Positions 42,723 to 56,800 of a stretch of DNA of 64,000 bases are shown here, one piece after another. Both the position numbers and the translations under genes were made by a program. The stretch is taken from contig NC_087263.1 of assembly GCF_037042905.1 (NCBI RefSeq), positions 10,356,001 to 10,420,000 on the forward strand. Direction: 5' to 3'. The notes beneath the pieces are model-generated. The model ran no database searches. It saw only the letters and a list, made by a program, of their open reading frames with translations, and was not told the origin of the DNA. The stretch is from Lytechinus pictus. Lineage: Eukaryota. Every line of letters begins with the position of its first letter. The first letter of the stretch is position 1.

Positions 42723-43649
42723 GGGGGGAGTGGAGAGAGGGAGCAGGGGAGGGGGTGGGGTTGAAATAATCAATTTTATACCAAGGCATGTGTGATAGTA
42801 GTCTAATGAGTCATTAGGGGACCATCATGTCTTTAAAGACGGTTAGATTCTTATCACAGCTGGCTACTAAATGAGATAGGACTGATAAAGAGAGAGCCGA
42901 CCCCCGTCATACAGATTACACATGGCACGCTGACATTTGTTAAAATAATGAAGTTAGGAATGATTGGCTTGCCATACTTCACAGGCTAGTCTAATACTCA
43001 CAGACTCAATTCTGTTATTAAATGTTAAAATATCTAGAATACTATATAGGACACTTGTCAAACTATCTGCACACTGCATAGTTTATTAACAGTATTAAAA
43101 TGTCACGCTTCTTCTTATAAATTATCAATATGAGTTTCTTGGCTTAATAAAGTGTATTTTTTAATTGAAGGTATTGCAATGGTAGAATGGCATGGGACAT
43201 TGGCCGTACACATAATTTTTTTCCTGAGAGGAGGGGGGGGGGGGGGTCGAGATGCGTTAATTTTTTTTTAATAAACTCAAAAGCAAAGGAGCGAACCGAC
43301 TGAGCTTGTCGTGGGGATGCTCAGTTTTTAGAGTACATAAATAATGTGAAGTTTGTGAAAATTTTCAGTAAAACACGCTACAAAACTTTAAGAAATAAAT
43401 GAAAGTGAGTGGGAATAATATCTGGGGGTAGTGATTTTTATAGTTTTAAGTAAAAATGGTGGGAACCGTGTGCAATATAGAATATTAAACCAATAGAGAA
43501 CCAGGATTTGCATCAAACCAAAAAGTGGTCAACATTTTGATTTGCGTAAGTGATTCAATAAATCCCTGCGATATCACCACAGGCTTATTTACTTCAAAGG
43601 TCTTTGAGACCAATTTATCTTTATATGCCTGGCCCATCATAGCATCACA

Positions 43650-43780
43650 CAGGCGCGGATCCAGGGGGGCACAGGGGGCACGTGCCCCCCCCCCCTTTTG
43701 AGAAGCAAAATTAAAATTTTGTAATGTAAAAATGCCATGAAAACAGAGGTGTGCCCCCCTCTTTTGAACTTGAAGACCTG
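43650..43780. mobile_element. hAT-like MITE (internally deleted)
   Basis: 8-bp TSD gcatcaca; cagg...cctg ends. Confidence 0.7.
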
Positions 43781-44772
43781 GCATCACATATTCCATGCTC
43801 TGTCATGCTTTGGTCTAGACTACATGAAAGGGTATACTGTATTTAAATAAATCAACAGTACATGTACATACATGTATATCCTGACAATTCTCTGAAAAAA
43901 AAGGGCTGCAAAGAAATCAGCCCTGGAAAAAACCATCTCCCAGGACTACAATCTTTCGGACCTTGGGTCAAGTTGCAAATAGCCCTTATACATACAGGGG
44001 GACCGTTTCATGAAAGTTGTCTGCACTGACAAGTTGTCTTTCTCTGACAGTTACCATAGTAACAGTCAGAGGACAGAGCTTCTGAGCTTATCAAAACCAA
44101 GGATTTCACTGACTAAACTGTCAGCGTTGACAATTTAGTCAGTGTTGACAACTTTCATGAAACACCCTCAGGTCTGGGAGCTGTTTTCATAAAGACTTGC
44201 CAATATTGTAACTTTGCCATTATTTCAGCTCCCATGGAAACCTTGATTGTGATTGGCTGCTGAGCCCTGTTACCATGGTAACTTTGCCATAAATAGCAAA
44301 TTACAAATATAGTTGTAACTCTTCATGAGGGGCCCATTTCATGGAGAGTTGTTATGATAACAAATGCACAATTGCTATTTCTAGTTTACTACATTAGCCA
44401 ATCAAATCAACTGATTTTAGTAGCATATATACTGTTATTGCAAATTTGTTATACATGTAATAATACCAAGTGTTGTGCAACCGGCCCCAGAAATTTGGAT
44501 TTGGATCCAGAGCATTTAATCTCAATGTGAAAGTGACTTTCATCTCAGCATGAAAGTGACTTTCACCTCGCACTGTAGGCGACTTTCACCTCACACTGGA
44601 GGTGACTCTCATTCTCTCACAAACACGAAAACATCAAACCATGTTCACATCTTTATACAAGTACAATGCACTTAAAATATCATGGCACTTTTCACTTTTT
44701 CTGGCGAGCTTGGGATCTTCGAAGCATATTATATAAAAATAGAAACATAAAGACATCGGCACACATTTACTT

Positions 44773-44854
44773 TTAGAGAATCGTACATGGCCGCTTTCCA
44801 TTTGGTTTCCGTTGGTGGGCTGTGATCGGCGGGTTCTCATCTGCTTGAAATTTC
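44773..44854 (-). CDS. RRAS2: RRAS2-like last coding exon
   Basis: ccag|[26 protein letters not shown] (CAAX box). Confidence 0.93.
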
Positions 44855-47800
44855 CTGGAATGAAGAAAGACACGAGAGACCTCCCTTTACCTTGATGAAA
44901 GCACCTCTTGGATGTGGATGACAAAGGGTGTGTTCAATGTTGATTTTCAAATTTAAATCGCAACATGAATCATGATTGAAAACGCAATTAAAAAACCCAG
45001 AATGCAAACACAATCAGGGGTGCACCGTTCAGTGTTGAAAATATCAAGTTGATTATACGTCGATTCTCATTACATTTCCCAATCTTGTTTAGCGAGGCCA
45101 TGGCGCAGCTTACTGCAGTTTGACCCATCGCAAGAAAGGTCAATTCTGGCACGTGCATCTATAGGCTTCCACTGCGAGAGCAAGTTTAAGGCCACCGCAC
45201 ACCTTACGACCCGACCGGTCGCCGACTGGCTTGCGACTCAGTGAGGGGAGATGAATCGCAAGGCAGTCATAAGCCTCGACACCGCACACCTTGCGATCCG
45301 ATCTGCGACTCACGCATGCGCTTTTTGCTTTTTGGCATAACAACAAAGAGAATGCGTTTACTACTGCGTATGCGCGTTGTTTATCATATACGCGTCGTGC
45401 AACTCTGCTGTCTGATTGGCTGGAATTTGGATTGAGCTTGCGATCCAGTCATAAGGATTCGACATGTCAAATCCTTCCGATTTTCCTTGCGACTTGTCTC
45501 TGACCGGTCTGCGACTCTGAAGCTGACATGCGCTGTGACGTCACATCTCCCCTCACTCAGTCGCAAGCCAGTCGGCGACTGGTCGGGTCGTAAGGTGTGC
45601 GGTGGCCTTTAAAGACCTTTCAAAACTCAATTGTGTTCAATGTCGTATTTTTGTCGCATTCACAATGAAAAGGTCATAAAATCTTAGCTGATCGCATCTT
45701 TATTGGCGCTTATAAATTTCCCTCCCAATCCCAATCTGAAAAACAATAACTTTTAAGACAGAGAATGGGCGACATTGAACACACCCTTTGTTCCTCATTA
45801 TATTGCGTTTTGTAATTGCATTTTCTATCATGATTCATGATGCTGTCTAAATTTGAAAATCAAAATTGAACGCACTTAAAATGTCATCAGCCACCCCAAA
45901 ACCAACAATAAATCGCTGGAAACGTTGTCAGAAAATTGCTACAATAGTCATTTGGTATTCAAGAAAGCAAAAAATAAATCATCTCCTTCTTACTGTCAAA
46001 ATTTCCAGTTGTAATGTTGATTAGAAAACAAGATACAAGAGTTTCTTTGACACAAGTATTTGTGGACTTCTTGAAAGTAATCCTGACTCCTGAGATTGCA
46101 CAGTGTGCGCATCTTACATTATGCATGAGTGAACCCAGAACTTCAAACATTGTTTTCTTCTTATTTTTTGAAGCTCTCCCTCTTGTTTCTTCTGCATTCA
46201 ATTAAGTACTTGAATGAGTGGGTTATTGTCAATCAATTTTGACAGTTATGAATCATTTAAACTTTATAGGATGTGTTATTTTCAAACTTCATTCCATAAA
46301 AAATCCCAATAAATTCATTATTGGCAACTTACACTGCATTGTTGGTTTGGGGGTGGCTGGTCACAAATGTATATATACTATAATTCTGCTGTATATATTT
46401 TTTAAAGGAGAATGAAACTCTTGGAGCAAGTTAGCTTTTGTGAAAGCAGAAAAATCAAAGAATAAGATCAACAAAAGTTTGAGTAAAATAGGACTAGCGC
46501 TAGAAGAGTTATGAGCATTTGAATGTCGAGATCACTAATGCTATGGAGATCCTCCCATTGGCAATGCGACCAAGATCTATGATGTCACAGATAAACAACT
46601 CTCCCCTTTTGGACACTGAAAATATACCCCAAAACATCTCTTTTTGCTCATTCTAATCATATGACAAACCATTCATCAATGATATAATGTTGTGAAACCT
46701 CTGTACTTGTCCTCTCATAAAGAGAACACCTCACCTTGTGATAGACTCTATAAAAGTGAGAATATAAGTGAAATAAGTACTAAAGTAATGAGGGAGTTGT
46801 ACGTGTGTGACATCACAGATCTTGGTCGCATTGCCAATGGGAGGATCTACATGGCATTAGTGATCTCAATATTCAAATGCTCATAACTTTCTTATTATTC
46901 ATTCAATCTTTCTCAAACTTTCAACAATATGTTTCTTTGATTTTTCTCTTTGATATGGATTCAGCTGGTTTCAAGGGTTTCATTCTCCTTTAACTGTTCT
47001 TGAATATTGTCTGTGGCGGATATCAGGGCAACTTCAGGAAAACATGTTTGACCCAATACATTATCTTTGGAGAATAATTTTAGGGGCCATTTTGGCTGTC
47101 ATAAAGATGCATTCATCAGTCCTTCAATTTTTTTTTCTTGGGGGGAGGGCTACTTTTCACAGCTTACTGCCTTATTCTGCAGCATAGGGTAGGCTTCAAC
47201 ATGGCGATGGATTGGGATTTCCCAGCGCTCTGTTTTTTAGTTTCCAGGGGCCTTTTTAGCATTTCAGGGGGCGAAATCGCTCCGAGCACCCTGTGTAATT
47301 TTGTCCCTGGCCCTCTTGTACATGTACTTCCTACGCTGATACTGACCTTATTCTCCTGACGAGTTCAAAGAAAGAATCATCAACATTCATCCGTGTCTTG
47401 GCACTGGCCTCAAGGTATTTGAGCTTGAGTTCATTTCCGAGCTCCTTGGCTTCTTGTGCTGAAACCTGGGTAGGGGGGAGAGGAAAATGCAAAATAATAT
47501 TAAATCGGATAAATGGGTGATTTTTTTTCACTTTGCTTCATAGTGAACAGTATTTGCGTGTTTGTGACATGGCATTTCCTCCTGCGGCAATTGCTCCAGG
47601 CATAATTTCGTCTAAGATGTAGGGTTAGGGTTGCAATAGGGTTTTATGTTAGGTTTAGGGTAGGGTAGTGTTAAATCCAGGGTTGAAGTTGGTCATTTGA
47701 TTAGTGTGTGGAATTTAGAGCGGAGCGATTGTCGTCAGAGCAAATGTCATGGAACCGTTCTCTTTACCCTCAATTCAGTGCTGCCTCAATTCAACATGAA

Positions 47801-50800
47801 GTGACAATATTTTTTGTTTTTGGTCCGACAAAAAAAGTGCCTGCCCAAAATCCAATATGGCCGCCATCTTCCCAGAAAATCAAAATATTTGTGGAATTTT
47901 CATGAGCATATCGGTTCTTGACCGATGTTAGGGATCGGGGAATTCAAATTTATTTCTGCAAGAAAAATGATACAAATTTGGTCAGAAATCGCATCAAGTC
48001 AACTTCCCATAATACCTGTGACACTCCCTGTAACAGTAATACTTGTACATGCAAAAATGGCTCCATTCATCTACATGGATGCAACAGGAAATATGAATCA
48101 CTGTAGAATGTCTTACTAAAATGTACAAATATTTAGGTACACATGTAGATAAATCTTGCCACACGTATTCAACAACACAATACAAATGTACATAATGTGC
48201 TCTTAAATAAGCATGTTTAAGGCAGCAGTAAATGCCTTTTTGTAATGTAGAATATTGGATTAAAATGTAAGCATTGCAATAAAAATGTATACAGAATGTG
48301 AAATTGTACGCACATGTACATAGGAAAAATTAATTAAAATAAAAGTCATTAGATCTACATTAAAGCAGACTTTCAGTTTTGGTTGAACCTTAATTACCGC
48401 TAACACGGAGGATGAATTAGCCTATTAGAGATAGCTTTATTTGTGTATAGAATCTGAAATGCTTTGAGTGAAAGGGGATCTGATTTGCTACTTTAAAAAA
48501 CATACTTATTCCGATACGAATGTATCGAGTAGTGAATTTGTCGGGTATCGATTCGTGTGGGCCTATATTACAAGACTACACTGCTGAGAATGTTGCATTA
48601 TGGGTGGTGAACCTGGCCAGATTGAGTACATGTAGGACTTGAGGTGGGGCTATTCAAGGCCGCTGGTTCGTATGCCCTTTAAAGGGAAATTCACCCTGAT
48701 GAAAACTTTGTTGTAAAAATAGCAGAAAAAAATAGTGAAAAACATTGGTGAAGGTTTGAGGACATTCCATTAAAGATTAAGAAAGTTATCGGAATTTCAA
48801 TTTTTTTTAATTTGTGATGTCATAAACCAGCAGTTGCCCCATACATGTATGTTAGCTATGAAATGCATAAATTGCAGTTTTTAATGGTTCCTGATGACTG
48901 ACTTTTTAATTTTCTCTTTAGGAGCGGGTGTGAAATGATTTGTGTATTGAGACACTGAAGGTACAATAAAAACCATTATCAATTTTCCGAGAAAATGACT
49001 TTTCATTGATTTTTCAGCATATGATATACATGTACATGTAGAAAGCTGATGTATAACGTCACAAGTCAAATAATTCAAATTCTAATATTTTTTCATTCTC
49101 TGATGGGTTTTCCTCAAACCTTCGCAAATATTTTAATTATTTTTCTGCTTTTTCTAGAATAAACCTTTTGTCAAGGTGAACTTCCACTTTATTATCTGTA
49201 CATGTACATTGATCCCTGTACACTCGTACAGCAAATCTTGGAGGATGAACCAAAGATCACAAAAACTCCTGCTTAGTCAGAAAAATTCACCACTTTCCTG
49301 GAATTGAGATGTACTGCACCGGTAGGATGTACGTACATTGTATTATAATTTAGGTTCCTGGAGCTGTGCTGCCCTGGAAAAATTTAGTCATTTTAAAGGG
49401 AGAGCGAACTGACAAACGCTGTGTGCTGACTCTCATTGACTGTACATTATAATGTCTAGTCTACATGTGCAGAGGTATAGCCTGTTCAGTACATTTTATG
49501 TAGTCTGTCTCTTATTTGTGTAGAAAACTGTTTTCAGAGGAAAGGTATACAGTGTTTTGTTACTTCAGTTTAACCTACATGTACATGCTTTAATACAGGG
49601 AAATTCGTTTCTGGAAAGTTTATGAATTGCAAATTACCAAAAAGAATATCCAATCTGAAAAGCGTTGATTATGTTTTATTACAGTCAATTCCGTGGATTC
49701 ACAATATGGTGCACCATCTATCGGTTGCAGCGAACAGGCCAAATTTCTAACTCTGGGGTCCACATTGCGCGCAGGTGCAGGCAGCGCACAGCTAGTTCTA
49801 TGTTAAATGTTTCAAAAATGAGAACCATATAATATGGTTTTTCACTATTAAACAAGGTCTAAATTTTGCCACAAAATATGTGGGCGAATTTCTCTCCAAC
49901 CTCCTGGACCCTATAGTAAACAGCATACCGGTCTAACCACATCGGCCAGTGCTGAATAACCTCATGCATGCATGCACTATAGTACAAGCGCGGGCAACAG
50001 ATGTTGACTTTTTCCCATGATGCATTGCGAATTTCGCCCTGTCCGCTGCAATCGATAGATGGCGCACCGTATTGTGAATCCACCGAATTAAAAAGGCAGT
50101 GTTAACAATTCATGTGTATTTCATGAAAAAAAAACAATTAAAAAATGCATATGATGTTGGCAAATTCACATAATGTCCTGAAAAAATATTCCATTTATTA
50201 GGAATTATCTGAATTACAACCATAACAGTTTAAAATAAACAAACAAGAATTGTACATATATTGTTTTCAATTTCCAACCAAAGCAGTTTCGAAATCCACA
50301 TAACTTTTTCCAGAAATCATGTTTCTGTCCCCATTCTTGAACATTAAAATGTAAATGTTTTTCAAGTCTATCAAAACTCGAAAGTAAAAATTGAAAAAAA
50401 AGAAGATATTTTTGTATCTCCTGTCTAGAGCCAAAAGCAGGACTACAGTATCATACTATATACAGCATTCCATTGAGGATACAACACTCTGAGGAGGAAT
50501 TTCCGTGACTTTCTAAACTATTTTATTTTTAATATTCCCAGGTTTCGCTCATCATGAGTGAGAGTTTCCTCATTCCTTACGACCCTGTTCACATTTGAAA
50601 CAAGATTTGATTCTAAAGGCAGTGTTAGAAGGAAGCTCAAGCCCCTATGAGATTTTTTGTTTCGGTTTGTTTTGTGTGGGGGAGGGGGCTAATGTACCAA
50701 AAAAGGGTATACCCAAAAGATGTACCCAAAAAGGAGCTCCCTCATCACAGCAGGTTTCCTCTCCAAAATTGTCATAATTTTGCCCCCCTCCAAAAATGTA

Positions 50801-53800
50801 ACCTCTATAAAATGCTCAGTTGCTCTTCTCCCTGCCCCCCCCCCCCCAAAAAAAAAAAAATGATAATAATAATAACAATAAATATTGTTTAAAAAAGTCC
50901 CAGTTTTCATGGACTTGGAGAATCTACTGGTATTCTATAATGTATGGAAAGTACATCATTGGTTTTAATGAAACAAAATGATGGTACAGTACATGTTATA
51001 AATGTCAAGTTTAATATTGTATTATGTGATAATAAGTTTATAATTGTTTTTTTAAAACAATGTGATAATTTGGTAGTTATTATCATTAAACTAATATATA
51101 TCCTGGAGTGACCATAAAGTTGTGATTAAGAACAATTAATGATAAGAAAATAAAATAAAATAAAAATCTGTCTCATGAGTTGACCGCCAAATGGCAAAAC
51201 CGTTAAAAGTGAATGCGCCAAAAGTTAGCTGAACGCAACCTAAAACATACATGTAGTCTGCAAGCCCAGACTCAAATGTGGCACTTTAACCACCATGTCA
51301 AGCCTGAAGACTAGACTCCAAACTCTGTCTGTGTCAAAAAGGCAGCCAGACACTGAACCTAGTCTTTATACTTCAGACTCTGCATTATGCACTAGATGCG
51401 AATTGCTGCACGAAACCCAAAGGTCTATTCCAGCAGACTACCTACACGGAGCCTTCACGAATCTCAAAACAAAATGGTGATACTCACTACTCTGCTATCC
51501 TCCAAATCTGCTTTGTTTCCGATGAGGATCATGGGGAATTCGTCCCTATCCTTGACGCGGAGGATCTGCCGATGGTACTTGTAAATTTCATCAAAACTAG
51601 ACAGAAAAAAAAAATGTGTAGACCCAGAACAGGAAGGAAGAATGAGTAAAAGATGGAGGAAATACTGGAGATATCTATACAAAGTATATGGCCCGTATTC
51701 TGAAGTCGGGTTTAACTTAAACTCAGGTTTAAAGTTGTGGTTTAAGTATGGATAGCCAATTGTTACATAAATCACTAACAGTAGAGATACCATATTTCAG
51801 CTCATTTGGCTCTCAAATCATTCATACATGTAATTGTCTAGGAAGTATAAATAGATGATTTTCTTCACCATCGAGGAATCATGAAAGAGCACAGTAAACA
51901 TAAGAAACATACAACTTAATACAAATTTTGACATTTTTGGCTTCTCATAATTTTAGCACAGAGTTAGACTATGGTCTAAGTTCAACCTGACTTCAGAATA
52001 TGGGCCTATGTGTTCATAACTTTGGTGCAAAAAATAAACTAAATCTACACATGTATTCATGTCAGTGTCAATTCATAATAATACTGTCTTTCAAGTTTCA
52101 ATGTAGTGTAAAAAGGGAGAAGAAAAATTAAGAAAAGAAATGGAGTCTCTGAATAAGGAAGTTCACCATGACAAAAAGTTTGCTGTAAAATACAAGAAAA
52201 AATACAATGAAATACTGAGAGGTTTGAGAAAAATCCATTAAAGATTAAGAAATTTATGTGAATTTTAAGTTTTTGTTTTGTGACACCATAAGCGAGCAGA
52301 TGCCTCATAAAATTGTATAAATTTCAAGTTTAATGGTTCATGATGACTATTAAAGAATTTTCTTCTTTCAGGAGCGGGTGTGAAATAATGTGTCTATTTT
52401 TATTGTAATTATGACTTTATTAAATTCAAGATAAAGTTCATGTTGCCAAATATACCAGGTCCATGGTTCTATCCATCACAAACATACATGTACATACATA
52501 AGGTACAATAAAACCCATTTTCATTTTTATGAAAACAAATGACTTCATTGCTTTTTTTTTAATTCATGATGCATGGGAAGCTGCTCTCATATATGATGTC
52601 ACAAATCAAAAACTTGAATTCTAATACCAGTAACTTTTTAAGTCTTTCATGGATTTTCCTCAAAACCTTAGCCAATACTTTTTATCATGTTTGTGTTATC
52701 TTTACTATATTCATTTTGTCAGGGTGAACTTCCCCTTTAAAACTTCATGTGTGTACAACAACAGAACATACTGAGAACTTTATAATGACAATTACATGTA
52801 CAGTGAAGTGAGTGAACATCTAATTCTCTTAGTAAAGGCTAGTTAAAACTTAAAAAAAGGGTATCTTCAACAAATTTAAAACTTTATCAACAGACACATG
52901 AAAGCTATCTGATCAAAATCAAAACTTAAAATCTTGTACTTGTTAGTTTGTAAAAGGAAACCATTAAAACCCAAGAATAGAAGCAATCTTATTGGAAAGA
53001 GTAAAACAAGAGGAACAATTTAAAACAAGTTTCATCAAAATTGGTTATGAAATAGGCAAGTTATGGAACTTTAAAAAGTTTTGTAATTTCTATGGGAACC
53101 TCAAATTGGCAAACACGCTTCAAAATGGCTGATTTTGTGGACAACCCTCCATACGTTTTGTACACAAATTTTCAGATTTTCCCATTTTTAAATATTTCAC
53201 ATCATCTCTTCCTGACCTGGACATATGTGGTGTGAATTATATTTTCCCATGACATATGTTATGCTTAGAATGAGGCAATATGCAATTTTAAAGATAATAC
53301 TAGGTAAAAAATCTGGAAAATTGTGTAAAAAACAAATGGAGAGATTTGAGGATCCCCATATAGAAAGTACAACAAGACTTTTTATCAAAAATGTCCATAA
53401 CTTGCTTATTTCACAAACGATTTTGATGAAACTAGTTTTAAATTGTTCCTCTTATTTTACTCTTTCCAATATAAAGATTGCTTCTCATTTTGGGTCTTGG
53501 TTTCCTTTAATTACCTTGTTCTGTTTGAAAGGGCGAATACTAGTAAGAATCCATCACCCGTCCTCATGTATTGCTCTCTCATTGCACTGAATTCATCCTG
53601 GCCTGCTGTGTCAAGAACTAAGAAAAAAAAAAAAAAAAGACAATTTGTTAATATTCAAAACACAATCTGTCTATTAAAAAGAGCTTTCATGGGGAATAGT
53701 GTACTTTTTCATTCACTGAATTTGACTCTGTGCAAAGGGCAGAGTGTGGATCTTTCCCCATAATTCAAATATTTAAAATAATTTAAAATATGGAAATAAC

Positions 53801-56800
53801 AAGAGGGTTTTTTCTATTAAAAATGTTCTATTTAGATATATTTGATATGACTGAAAAGGAAATTAGCCATTTCAACACTTTGTTTTCCTGCTTTTCATGT
53901 TTTCATAAATTTCTTTAATATGTATTTCTATTGTTTTTTATTTTTTCATATTTTTCAATTTTCACAATTTGTTCGCTTCAATTGTTTTCATTAATCAGTA
54001 TTCATAATAAATCAGTCTTTAGAAACTAATCACTTTTTAGAGCACTCTTGAAATTTGTCTTTCTCCAATCACTTTGTACACAACCACCCCCCCCCCCCCC
54101 ACCGACATTGTGTGTAAATGTCCCTTATGTAACATGTTGTCCCATATGTAACAATTTTTTAATTAACTTTTAATTACATGTAAACAGTTAACTATACTTT
54201 TGAAACTTTTTGTTGTATAACATTAATAAATTAGAACTTCCCAGAGATGCAATACAAGTACATGTATTGTATTATGAGAAATAACTTTAAAAAAAAACAT
54301 CCTCAAAATGTTACGTATGGGACATTCCATCCTTGGACAAGACCTACATATGTAATTTGCATATTTAATTAGATGACACCACTTTTTTCCCCAAAAAGTA
54401 ATAAGATGTTAGGACTAAATCTCACAAGTTTTGTTTTGATTTTCTATGAGTTTTTATGATTGTCCCATATGTAACGCCCATTTTACCAATTTTGCAAATA
54501 AAGTGCCCCAAATTAGCATAAATTTGCATAATAATCAAATTTTTCTTAATGAAATTTTAAAATTCAACATTTGGGCTTTCTTACCCACCAAAGATTCTAC
54601 AGGCACTTAAATTAAAGATGACATTTTGCCTTCTAGGGTGACCTTTCCTTGGACTTGCCCTTAAAGGGGAATCCAGCCTTGGCCATTAAATGTTGTGTTG
54701 GGAAGGAGAAAAATAAATTAAACGGAACGGTGAAAGTTTGAAAGAAATCGGACAAGCAATAAGAAAGTTACAGCTGCTTTGAAATTCAAGATCACTAATA
54801 CTATGTAGATTACTGGGTAAGTAAATTATGACAAGGGGCAAGGACAACTTTTTCATAGGCCATGTACTTTATTATCAGGGATTTGTGGTTTTCTCCTAAA
54901 TACCCGTTCACCTGGGGCAGTAATCTAAATATAACCCTGGTAGTATATTGTTTTATGTCCTCATGAAAGAAAAATATAATTTGAAATAAAACTTTTGGGA
55001 AAAATGACATTTTAGCCATATTATGTATTGGAGTACATGGAAGAGTAGTCCTTGCCTTACATCACTATGACATCCCATATGCGGCCAATTTGAAGTCTCC
55101 ATGTGTATAGTGATTACCAATATTTACAACTTTTAAAAATTCATAACTTTCTTGTTGTTTGTCCAATATTGTTCAAACTTTCACCTATCAACTTGTCTGA
55201 TTTTTCTTTTCCTTATAAAAACAAGTTTTTATTTGGGTTGGATTCCCCTTTAAACAGGATCTTCAACCAAACCCATTGGGGCCTGAGCCCGCATGTACAT
55301 GTAGGCTGGAATCTTTTGGAATTATACATGTGTTCTAGCAAAATCATTCAGTCTCTAATAATAGCAGTCCACACCCGAAGTCTGTTTTGTACATTATTTT
55401 CAACCCTTAGCGCGCTGATGTTGCAATCTTGCACATTCGTACAATTGAATTCAACAATCGTAATAATTAGTTTTCTCCCCTACCTCAAATTGGATAAGCT
55501 AATAAAAAGTATTCAATGGTGCAATATGCAAATCTTGAATTAAAGAAAATAACATGGAAACGATTGTCATTATTATTCCCCAAAAATTAATTCAGCGTGC
55601 AAAGAGTTAATAAAGTAGAGTCTATTGTTACCGTATTTTATTGTTGTTCCTTCTTGGAATTCCTCCATAACTTATTTGTTATTTTTATCAAGTTAAATAA
55701 ATCAAACAACTTGTTCCAATTATTGTGTACCAATTCATCCTAAAATATCAATATTTCACTGAAGTTTATTTTAATTGCAATTCTTTTTTTTTCTTTAATA
55801 TTTTATTTCACGGTGGAATACCCAAAAGGTATTACCAGAATGAGCAATAACATAGAAAATATATGTAAACAAATCTGTTTGATGTGTTGTAAGCCAAACT
55901 GTTTGTTGAACATCCAAACATCCCAAATAAAGGGCGGTCATGCATTAAATACTTCCTTTTTTGGTTGGAATAACAAATTTGGAGATATCACATGCCCATG
56001 TTCACAAAGATTTGAGCAGGAAATTATGAGTCATACCAGCATAAAGGGATCCTTTTTCAGAAAACTCTCACAAAGCATTAAAAATGTAGAAACACTTCTA
56101 TCGAATGAGTTTATAATGCATGCTTGTACAGTACTTGTACTGGTATGAAATTCACACGTATGCCCAATGTACACTAGTCTACAAGCATCTAGACCCGTGT
56201 TTTTTTTTGCATTTTGCATGTACATGTAGTGCACAATGCAGAGTCTGAAATAGTGAGACTAGATGTCTGCATGTGCTGTATATTAAAGAAAAAACGAAAT
56301 TATGATTTCATGTACAATGTAAATGTTGTAATAACACAAAAATATATTAAAGGAAAGTGGGGATGTAACTTCATCAGCCCACCAAATATATATTCATGAC
56401 TGTTTGTTAAATCACAAAATATTGCTAAACTTTGAAATTCAATAACTTTGTTATTTCTGTAACAGATTTTGATGACATTCCTAAACCCCCATATCGTTTT
56501 TTCTGTCTTCCTTAAAGGACAAGTCCACCCCAACAAAATGTTTATTTAAATAAAGAGAGAAAAATCCAACAAGCATAAAACTGAAAATTTCATCAAAATC
56601 GGATGTAAAATAAGAAAGTTATGACATTTTAAAGTTTCGCTTAATTTCACAAAACAGTTATATTCACATCCTGGTCGTTATGCAAATGAGGAGACTGATG
56701 ACATCATCCACTCACTATTTCTTTTGTATTTTATTAAATGAAATATGAAATATTCTAATTTTCTCCTCATTGTCAAGTAAAACAATGATTAATTCCTCCC

